This document shows, piece by piece, positions 37,247-44,336 of a stretch of 48,471 nucleotides of DNA. Made by a program: the position numbers and the translations under genes. The DNA comes from Candidatus Zixiibacteriota bacterium. Its GTDB lineage: Bacteria > Zixibacteria > MSB-5A5 > JAUVRN01. Below the pieces are notes generated by a model. That model ran no database searches, was not told the origin of the DNA, and saw only the letters and a list, made by a program, of their open reading frames with translations. Positions within the stretch are counted from its first letter, which is position 1. Each line of letters starts with the position of its first letter. The stretch lies in NCBI GenBank assembly GCA_036745245.1, contig DAIOGN010000004.1:1-48471 (forward strand), in the 5' to 3' direction.

Positions 37247-37357
37247 ATGGGCGACAAGGGCGGCAAGAAAGACAAGCAGAAGGGTCAGAAGCAGAAGGAC
37301 AAAAAGCAGCAGGAAGAGAATAAGAAGAAACAGCAGAAGCAGCAGAAGACGCCGTAA
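37247..37357 (+). CDS. 36-aa highly basic K/Q-rich microprotein
   Basis: AAGGAG RBS 6 nt upstream. MGDKGGKKDKQKGQKQKDKKQQEENKKKQQKQQKTP. Followed directly by a terminator. Confidence 0.5.
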   Translation: MGDKGGKKDKQKGQKQKDKKQQEENKKKQQKQQKTP

Positions 37358-37361
37358 CCCG

Positions 37362-37394
37362 GAGGCCGCCTGAGCGCGGCCTCTCTGATTTCTT
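37362..37394 (+). terminator. Rho-independent terminator
   Basis: GAGGCCGC / GCGGCCTC stem with a 6-nt loop, followed by TCTGATTTCTT. Confidence 0.6.
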
Positions 37395-37499
37395 ACGACT
37401 CAAGTGGCTCATAGCGCTCAGGGAGCGCTATGACGCCGTCGAAGCCAGTGCGACATTCACGGGCCGCACGGCTGCCCTCGCACCAGAGTGCCGACCGCG

Positions 37500-38411
37500 T
37501 TACGCCGGCCGTCGATCGATTCGCAGCGGACGTCCGTCCACCACAGCGCGCAGCGCCCGGATGTGCGCAGGCGTAGTGCCGCAGCAACCGCCCACGATGC
37601 TCACGTCGCAGGCCAGAAGCTGTTGTGCATGACGGGCCATGGTGTCGGGCGTTTCGAGATACACCGCCGTATCGCCCTTCAGCACCGGAAGTCCCGCGTT
37701 GGGCTGCATCATGAGCGGCAAGCGCGTGTGCGTCTGAAACTCGCGTGCTACCGCCACCATCGATTCGCTGCCCAATCCGCAGTTGGAACCCAGAATATCT
37801 GCACCGTTGGCCGAAAGCGCCTGCACGGCCTCCTGCACGCCGGTGCCCATGATCGTGCGGAAGCCGGTGGGCGAGGGCTCGAAGGTTAGCGTCACGGCCA
37901 CCGGCATCGAAGCGTCGATTTCTCTGGCCGCGCGCAGGGCCAAAAGCGCCTCGGCAAGATCGGTCATGGTTTCGATTACGATCAGGTCGACACCTTCCGC
38001 GTACACGGAAGCCAGCTGACGCCGGAACGCCGCCAGTACAGCCTCTGGATCGGTGTCGCCGTATGGCTCCAGCAATCTTCCCGTGGGGCCGATAGAGGCG
38101 GCCACCAGGGTGGATCGCGACACGCCGGCGCGCGCGGCCTGCACCGCTGCGCGGTTAATCTCCTCCGTCCGACGGTCGAGACCCCAGTGAGAGAGTTTGA
38201 GCGGAGACGCACCAAACGTGTTGGCCTGCACGATGTGGGCGCCTGCCTCCGCATACAGCCGGGCAATCTCGGCGGGAACCTCCGGATGCTCTATGTTCAC
38301 CTGCTCCGGGCAGGCCCCCGGTAGAAGCCCGCGCTCCTGGAGCTGGGTGCCCATGGCGCCGTCGGAGATGAGACGCTCGCCTCTGGCCAGTCGCCCGCGG
38401 AGGCCACTCAT
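37500..38411 (-). CDS. stand-alone homocysteine S-methyltransferase domain protein (MetH N-terminal module-like)
   Basis: 303 aa. DGAMGTQL.., ..ANTFGAS.., Zn-ligand motifs ..GSNCG.. and ..GGCCGTTPAHI... Confidence 0.85.
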   Translation of the reverse strand: MSGLRGRLARGERLISDGAMGTQLQERGLLPGACPEQVNIEHPEVPAEIARLYAEAGAHIVQANTFGASPLKLSHWGLDRRTEEINRAAVQAARAGVSRSTLVAASIGPTGRLLEPYGDTDPEAVLAAFRRQLASVYAEGVDLIVIETMTDLAEALLALRAAREIDASMPVAVTLTFEPSPTGFRTIMGTGVQEAVQALSANGADILGSNCGLGSESMVAVAREFQTHTRLPLMMQPNAGLPVLKGDTAVYLETPDTMARHAQQLLACDVSIVGGCCGTTPAHIRALRAVVDGRPLRIDRRPA

Positions 38412-38412
38412 G

Positions 38413-39051
38413 TCAGCTCACGCCAAAGATGGACTTCACACAGTCCACGGCACTGGTGCCATCGAAGCAATAGGCATCGGCACCGATGTCTCGCGCGTAC
38501 TCCCTGGACAGCGGCGCACCACCCACGATGACACGGGTCTTTCCCTGCAGTTGTCGCTCACGAGCCAGCTCCACCACGCGACGCATGCCGGGCATGGTGG
38601 TGGTGAGCAGGGCCGACAACCCGATCACTCCTGCATTCGATTCAATGGCCGCCTGGATGAAACGTTCGGGAGGAACGTCCTTTCCCAGATCCACCACTTC
38701 GAACCCCGCTCCGCGCAGCATGATCGACACCAGGTTCTTGCCGATGTCGTGCATGTCGCCCTGCACGGTGCCCATGACGACGCGACCACGCGAGGGGATT
38801 CCGTCACGGATCATGAGCGGCTTGAGCAGATCCATGCCGGCGTACATGGCTTTGGCGGCCAGGAGCACGTCGGGCAGGTAGATCTCGTGAGACTTGAAGC
38901 GGGCCCCCACCACGTTCATGCCTGCGATCAGACCGGAGTCGAGAATCACTCTGGGCTCCACGCCTTCGGTGATCGCTGCCCGCGTGAGTTGGGCCACTCC
39001 CGGCGCATCGCCCTGTTGTAGTCGTTCTGCCAGTTGTGCCAGTACGGTCAT
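38413..39051 (-). CDS. corrinoid (cobalamin)-binding protein, MtgC/MttC/MetH B12-domain type
   Basis: 212 aa. N-terminal helical cap, then the DxHxxG motif (GDMHDIGKN) and ..SALLTTTM... Confidence 0.9.
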   Translation of the reverse strand: MTVLAQLAERLQQGDAPGVAQLTRAAITEGVEPRVILDSGLIAGMNVVGARFKSHEIYLPDVLLAAKAMYAGMDLLKPLMIRDGIPSRGRVVMGTVQGDMHDIGKNLVSIMLRGAGFEVVDLGKDVPPERFIQAAIESNAGVIGLSALLTTTMPGMRRVVELARERQLQGKTRVIVGGAPLSREYARDIGADAYCFDGTSAVDCVKSIFGVS

Positions 39052-39785
39052 GGCTGCTCCCGCATGTCTTGAGTGTCATGGAGCCCGCCGAATATGGCGG
39101 CTATGCGTTCCCGGCAGGACCGCGTTTGGCAGTCGCCGCAAAACGGAAAATCGTCGGCAAACAGAAACGCGCCGCGCCCTGCTGCCACAATCACGCCGCT
39201 CACCGACTTCAGAGGGTACATCAGGCACGACGCCGAGAGCGAAATGCCGATGTCGGCCGGCTGCAGGTGGGAGAAGAGATTCCGCTGGCCGCATGTCTGC
39301 CAGCCGCAATAGCCCGGGCTGAAGCGCATGACCCCCATGTCGGTGGTGAGCTCGCCTGAGGCGCGCAGATGCTCGACGTATCTCCATTCCAATTCAGAGG
39401 CGGCCAGCTCGGCGCCCTCCGAGGCCGCTGCATCCAGCGCCGCACCCAGCGCGAAGTCGGCCGCTTGAAAGCGAGAGTCGATTTCATCCCGGATCGGTTC
39501 ACCCAGAGTCACGGCGAAAAGCGCAAGCGAGCGGGCACGCGGGTAGATCTGTCCCAGGGGCGTGAACCCTGCGTTCTGGCCGGCGTACAGCTTTTCGAAT
39601 TCGTCCAGGCCAATCGGGTTCCACACTCCCAGAGGCTGGACGCGCTTCCGATAGAGGGCGATGGCCTCCACGGCGAGCCTGAGGTGCCGGCCCGAATTTG
39701 GCGCGCCTGCCGCGCCCAGGGCGGTGAGCACTTGCTCCGGCTCGGGCGTCACCTGGCTCAGTGGAAACTCCACGCGGGTGCTCAC
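39048..39785 (-). CDS. MetH activation (AdoMet-dependent reactivation) domain-like protein with C-terminal CX2CX4C
   Basis: 245 aa, GTG start in a GTGA overlap. ..MRFSPGYCGW.. resembles the RxxPGY motif of the MetH reactivation domain. C-terminal FCGDCQTRSC. Confidence 0.7.
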   Translation of the reverse strand: MSTRVEFPLSQVTPEPEQVLTALGAAGAPNSGRHLRLAVEAIALYRKRVQPLGVWNPIGLDEFEKLYAGQNAGFTPLGQIYPRARSLALFAVTLGEPIRDEIDSRFQAADFALGAALDAAASEGAELAASELEWRYVEHLRASGELTTDMGVMRFSPGYCGWQTCGQRNLFSHLQPADIGISLSASCLMYPLKSVSGVIVAAGRGAFLFADDFPFCGDCQTRSCRERIAAIFGGLHDTQDMREQP

Positions 39786-41329
39786 AGGTCCACTCCGGGT
39801 AATGTGGACAGCCCATGCGTGTGAGCTTCGCTCGTCATGAGCCGGATCAATTCCCTCCGCACATGCTCCGGTAGACGAGGCGGGCTGTGCTGTTCAAGGG
39901 CGCGCCGTACTTCCTCGTGCGCTCGCCGGATGAGCGACCGGCTCCCCTCTTCCTTCCAGCGTGACTGGTTGGCCCGGTCGATGACCGGCCGCGGGAATTG
40001 GATTTCACTCTTCAGGTATTTGCGCGTGTGCTCGGAGATCAGCAGATGTCCCTCGGCCAGCAGCTCCTGGAAGCGCGGCAGCGCCGGAAAATCTTCGTGC
40101 GGCGTGATGCCCTGCGTCATGCGCAGTACGGATCCGCAGATTTCATTGTCGCACACGAGTTTTTCGAGAGAGAAGCAACTCTCGAAATCGAGCATGCCGG
40201 GGCCCGAGATGTGGTTGATTCCTGACAGGGCGGCCAGCACGGCGCCCATGGCCGTCTCCAGCCCGGCCTGCGCATCGAGCGACTTGGCATCGGAGAGCGC
40301 GATGTAGGCCTGCGTGGGGAGCCCCAGCTCCTTGCCGATTTCGTTGCAGGCGCAGTCGATCATCATGGTTTCGATGGCGCCCATGGGCGTGGTTTCGTAC
40401 CGGATGTCGAACACCGCGGGCGAGCCGCCCCACAGCACTGGCGTGCCGGGACGAGCCAGCTGGCTGATCACCAGGCCGCTCAACGTCTCGGCGGTGTGCT
40501 GCACGAGAGATCCCACCAGCGTGACCGGCGCCATGAAGCCCGACAGCGGCATGGAGATGAACTCCACGGGAATACCGTACCGCGCACAGTCCACCACATT
40601 CTGCGACGTGACATGGCTCCACTTGAGCGGCGAAGTGGGACAGCAGGAGAACACCGTGAGCGGCTTTTCGGCAAGCGCCCCCTCCGACCCGCGCACGGCC
40701 ACCTGGAGGTCCTTCATCACCGTGAACGATTCCACGGTGAATGTGCCGGTCACTACGGGCTTTTCGCAGTTGAGCAGCGAAAGAAACAGCCGGTAGCTGT
40801 CGGACATGCGCTCCGGCACATCGGCCGGAATCATGGCTGTGGACTGCGAAGAAATGTTGTCCATGGCCGCCATGAGTCGGGCATACTCGATGTAGTCCGC
40901 CGAGGTGGGACGACGGATCGCCTGAGTCTGACTGTCCAGGATGTTGATCGCGGCCGAGCCTGGCGTGAAATGCACGTTGTAGCCGGACAGATCCTCGGCA
41001 GGCTGGCCTAACGAGTCGTACAGGTGGAAAGAGCGCGGCGCCGACTTCAGGGCCCGATCGATGAGTTGCTCGGTAAAGTGCACACGTCCCGAGGCGCGGT
41101 CGTGCCGGGCGCCGGCATCGGTCAAGAGTGTCAGCACTCCCGGGTTGTGCACTTCCACTCCCAGGGTGCAGATCAGATCGCGGCCTTCGGCGATGATGCG
41201 ATCGCGAAGGTCGTCTGATAGAAATCGCAACGTGGGTCTCACCGGCCAGCCCTTGCGGGATCCAGGCAGACCCGCACTGCGAGAGTGTTCATGGCAGAAA
41301 TGTCCAGCTTGGCAGACGGGAGCGGCCAT
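39782..41329 (-). CDS. MttB-superfamily (trimethylamine methyltransferase family) protein, non-pyrrolysine type
   Basis: 515-aa uninterrupted ORF (no in-frame TAG). ..RFLSDDLRDRIIAEGRDLICTLGVEVHNPGVLTLL.. is a typical MttB N-terminus. Start could be GTG 41242. Confidence 0.85.
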   Translation of the reverse strand: MAAPVCQAGHFCHEHSRSAGLPGSRKGWPVRPTLRFLSDDLRDRIIAEGRDLICTLGVEVHNPGVLTLLTDAGARHDRASGRVHFTEQLIDRALKSAPRSFHLYDSLGQPAEDLSGYNVHFTPGSAAINILDSQTQAIRRPTSADYIEYARLMAAMDNISSQSTAMIPADVPERMSDSYRLFLSLLNCEKPVVTGTFTVESFTVMKDLQVAVRGSEGALAEKPLTVFSCCPTSPLKWSHVTSQNVVDCARYGIPVEFISMPLSGFMAPVTLVGSLVQHTAETLSGLVISQLARPGTPVLWGGSPAVFDIRYETTPMGAIETMMIDCACNEIGKELGLPTQAYIALSDAKSLDAQAGLETAMGAVLAALSGINHISGPGMLDFESCFSLEKLVCDNEICGSVLRMTQGITPHEDFPALPRFQELLAEGHLLISEHTRKYLKSEIQFPRPVIDRANQSRWKEEGSRSLIRRAHEEVRRALEQHSPPRLPEHVRRELIRLMTSEAHTHGLSTLPGVDL

Positions 41330-41516
41330 GGAAGCCGACTCCGCGGCTACTGTACCCTTCTTGACACACGACTACGGACTTGTAATGACCGGGGCAGTAT
41401 AATATCTTACCCATTCATCAAGTATTAGTTTTTTCAGCCTGGGCCTGTAATACAGAAGGGACCCCGTCACCGGTTCGCTGCCGTCAAGCCGCGCCGGGAG
41501 ACCCCACAGGCTCGGA

Positions 41517-42086
41517 GTGTTTCAGCGCATGCGATGCATCTTGAAGTTCGTAGTGCTCGCGATCACGTGGACCACCGCCTGCCCGGTGTGGGGCCAGGTG
41601 GAGCATGTCGATATGTCGAAGTCGGAGGGCACGGCGGCGGCCCTCTCGATACTCGGAACCATCGTTCCGGTGGCCGCCGGGAAACTGATCGCCGGTAATC
41701 CGGAGTCGGGTACAGAACCCCGGGCGCTCGTCGGCGGCTCCATCGCCCTCTGCGGCGCGATCTTTGGTCCAGCCCTGGGCTACATCTACGCAGGGAACGA
41801 ACATGCCATCGGCCTGGGTGCTACGCTGCGCATGACGGGTCTGACAAGCGGCGTCGTGGCCAAGCTGTTGTACGATAACTATCAGACCTCGGGGACGGGC
41901 AGCTGGGTGGACGATGCGCTTGCCGTAAGCGGAGGCGTGCTGTTCGTGGGAGGCACGCTCCTGGACTGGATTCGCGCACCAGCGCTTCTCCGGAGCCAGA
42001 AGGAGTCTGCGCGTCCAGCTCGAGTCCACCGGATCGAGGTGCACCCGACGGTCTCCGGAGTGTGTGTGCTGGTGAGAGTGGGATGA
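41517..42086 (+). CDS. hypothetical membrane protein with signal peptide
   Basis: High GC3 in the plus frame. The plus ORF is preferred over the overlapping minus ORF 41484-42155, which is Arg/His-rich. ..GPALGYIYAGNEH.. plus Gly-rich helices. Probable start ATG 41529. Confidence 0.6.
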   Translation: MFQRMRCILKFVVLAITWTTACPVWGQVEHVDMSKSEGTAAALSILGTIVPVAAGKLIAGNPESGTEPRALVGGSIALCGAIFGPALGYIYAGNEHAIGLGATLRMTGLTSGVVAKLLYDNYQTSGTGSWVDDALAVSGGVLFVGGTLLDWIRAPALLRSQKESARPARVHRIEVHPTVSGVCVLVRVG

Positions 42087-42161
42087 CGGTGCCTCATGAT
42101 GGCGGCCTGGGTGTGAATGTGTCACGACACGACGCCCACGAGGACTGAGCCACAATCGGTC

Positions 42162-42419
42162 TCAGCTCGGCCGTGAGGCACATCTCAAAGAGCAGCGGCA
42201 TAGAGCAAATAGCACCCAAGTCTCGAAGTAGGCTTCGAAGTCTCCGTGACTTTCGAGCTTCAGCCAGGCAGGCAGGTTTACAAAGAAGCCCGACAAATCT
42301 CCCCCGGAATCTTCCACCCATGCCAGGTCGTCCTTCGTTGACGTAAGAAATACCAACGGCGCGTTCAAATGTCTGGACAACTGTGTTGTAGTATTAATCG
42401 CTATCGCATGCCTGGGCAT
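42162..42419 (-). CDS. possible SMI1/KNR4 (SUKH)-like fragment
   Basis: DDLAWVEDSGGDLSGFFVN..SHGDFEAYFETWV resembles the C-terminal half of SUKH immunity proteins. Only 85 aa, intermediate GC3, in an A/T-richer patch. Confidence 0.25.
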   Translation of the reverse strand: MPRHAIAINTTTQLSRHLNAPLVFLTSTKDDLAWVEDSGGDLSGFFVNLPAWLKLESHGDFEAYFETWVLFALCRCSLRCASRPS

Positions 42420-42547
42420 GTAGGCACAGAGTTTTCGGTGTCCGGAGGCACAAAATTATCTGCGCGCATTGGCATGAAGCAGGTCACACCCTATTTTGCA
42501 GTTCGTCTGCTGACAAAACCAAATCACATTGCTCGCGGGGGTGCTCT

Positions 42548-43915
42548 ATGGGGCGCGCATTGGTCGGCTTCTGTGTCAGCCTGGCTCTCACGAGCACGGC
42601 TGCAGCACAGAACCATCTGTTAATTGCCTGGAATGATCTGGGCATGCACTGCAGCAACAAGGACTTTTCCACGCTTGCCGTATTGCCTCCGTACAACAAC
42701 GTGGTGGCACAGGTCATTCGCGTGGGGGATTCGCTTCAGCTGCCGGTCGTGGTGACGGCGGGTCTGCGTGTGACCTACGAGATTCCCGGCAATACGTACT
42801 CGGTGGGGAAAACCAACTTCTGGGACTTCGAAGACAAGCTTTTTGGAGTCACCCTGTCTCCCAATGTGGGCCTCACCGGGCACGGGCTGTCCGGGGAGAT
42901 GACAGCCGTTTCAAACGAGTTCGTGATCACCGGCATTCCCATTACGCCCTTCACCGATGCCGACCTGCTCCATGAAGACCCCTTTCATCTGGGGTGGTTT
43001 TCGGCGTACGACGCGTCGTCGCAATGGCTGGCCGGCACACACGCGGTCGTGCCTGTATCCAACGAAATCAACTGCCTCGGCGCCGGGTGCCACGCGAGTG
43101 AGCAGGGCATTCTTAATCAGCACGCCGAAGAAGCGGGATTCGATCCCGCCAACAAGCCGATCCTGTGCGCCAGCTGTCATGCCTCGGCCGCCCTGGGCGC
43201 TCCCGGTTTACCCGGAGTGCCGTCGCTCTCCGAGGCGGTGCACAAACACCACGCCGAGCGCACGAACGATTGCTACACGTGTCATCCCGGACCCAATACG
43301 CAGTGCCTCCGAGACGTGATGTCGACTGAGCATGGCATGGTCTGTCAGTCGTGCCATGGGTCGGTATTGGAGGTGGGCCAGAGCATCGATGCCGGTCGGA
43401 AGCCGTGGCTGGAAGAGCCCTCATGTGGAGCGGCTGCTTGCCATGGATCCCGCTACGCCGAAGAGCCGGGTCAGCTGTATCGCAACTCCCGTGGGCATGG
43501 AGGACTCTTCTGCAGCGCCTGCCATGGCTCGCCACATGCCATCGTGCCGAGCCGCGAGGATCGCGACAATGTTCAGAATGTATCGTTGCAGGGACACCCG
43601 GGAACCTTGCACGAGTGCGAGGTGTGCCATGGCTTCATTCCGTCTGGCCCGGGTCCACACGGACTGACCGCTTGTCCTGTGCGCGTAGACGGCGATGCCA
43701 ACTCCTCGGGAACGGTCACGTCGGCGGACGTCATTTTGCTTGTGAATTACGTTTTCAAGAGTGGCGCGTCGCCAGAACCGTGCAGCGCCAATGGAAACGT
43801 AAATTGTGACGCCCAGGTAAGCTCAGCTGACATCATCTCCCTGGTGAACTTCGTGTTCAAGGGCGGACCGGCACCGTGTGATATTTGCACCGACAGCCCG
43901 CTCGCGTGCCTGTAG
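42548..43915 (+). CDS. secreted multihaem c-type cytochrome with C-terminal dockerin-like module
   Basis: Signal peptide present. Five CXXCH (CASCH, CYTCH, CQSCH, CSACH, CEVCH) plus two CX4CH (CLGAGCH, CGAAACH). C-terminal duplicated DGDANSSGTVTSADVILLVNYVFKSG / NGNVNCDAQVSSADIISLVNFVFKGG. Confidence 0.8.
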   Translation: MGRALVGFCVSLALTSTAAAQNHLLIAWNDLGMHCSNKDFSTLAVLPPYNNVVAQVIRVGDSLQLPVVVTAGLRVTYEIPGNTYSVGKTNFWDFEDKLFGVTLSPNVGLTGHGLSGEMTAVSNEFVITGIPITPFTDADLLHEDPFHLGWFSAYDASSQWLAGTHAVVPVSNEINCLGAGCHASEQGILNQHAEEAGFDPANKPILCASCHASAALGAPGLPGVPSLSEAVHKHHAERTNDCYTCHPGPNTQCLRDVMSTEHGMVCQSCHGSVLEVGQSIDAGRKPWLEEPSCGAAACHGSRYAEEPGQLYRNSRGHGGLFCSACHGSPHAIVPSREDRDNVQNVSLQGHPGTLHECEVCHGFIPSGPGPHGLTACPVRVDGDANSSGTVTSADVILLVNYVFKSGASPEPCSANGNVNCDAQVSSADIISLVNFVFKGGPAPCDICTDSPLACL

Positions 43916-43925
43916 CTACAATCAT

Positions 43926-43960
43926 GGGACAGCCACGGCATCGAGGCTGTCCCTCTTTCT
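43926..43960 (+). terminator. Rho-independent terminator
   Basis: GGGACAGCC / GGCTGTCCC stem with a 10-nt loop, then TCTTTCT. Confidence 0.65.
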
Positions 43961-44336
43961 AATCCGTCGCGCTCTTCAACACATCCACGCCGGGCGTGAA
44001 CGGACTGTGGTGTTTTTGAGCACGCCGTGATGTCTCACTGTTGCAAAGCGCAATTGTCTGAATCGCCTTTCACCGTGAACGGTCCGCTTTGAGCCACTGA
44101 CCGAAACGGTTCATGCCCGGAATGCCCGCTTTCGCTTGTGTGCCGCCCGCCTGAGTAGAATACTTCACATAACAGCAGCGAGTCGGCGGTCCGGCTGGCC
44201 CCGCTGGTGTGTTCTTCTGTACCGCTTCGGTGGCCGAGCGTGCCGCCTGTCGCAATTGCTGATAGGCACGGCAAGCTAGTTTCTGGCAGAACCAAGAAAT
44301 CACAGCGCTTGTCGATAAAGGGAAGTAGGGGGCGCT

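Noticed and set aside
39782-41329. Looked for an in-frame amber (pyrrolysine) codon in the MttB homologue
   Set aside because: The ORF is uninterrupted over 515 codons, so it is a non-Pyl family member.
41484-42155. 223-aa minus-strand ORF overlapping the 41517-42086 plus-strand ORF
   Set aside because: The plus frame has a signal peptide, hydrophobic helices and high GC3. The minus translation is His/Arg/Pro-rich with no structure-like pattern.
43961-44336. Minus-strand ORFs 44035-44295 and 44070-44303, and a search for SRP/6S-like RNA in this 375-nt gap
   Set aside because: The translations are low-complexity with no RBS. The only SRP-like fragment (GGTCCGG) lacks the conserved GGAAGCAGC domain-IV sequence.
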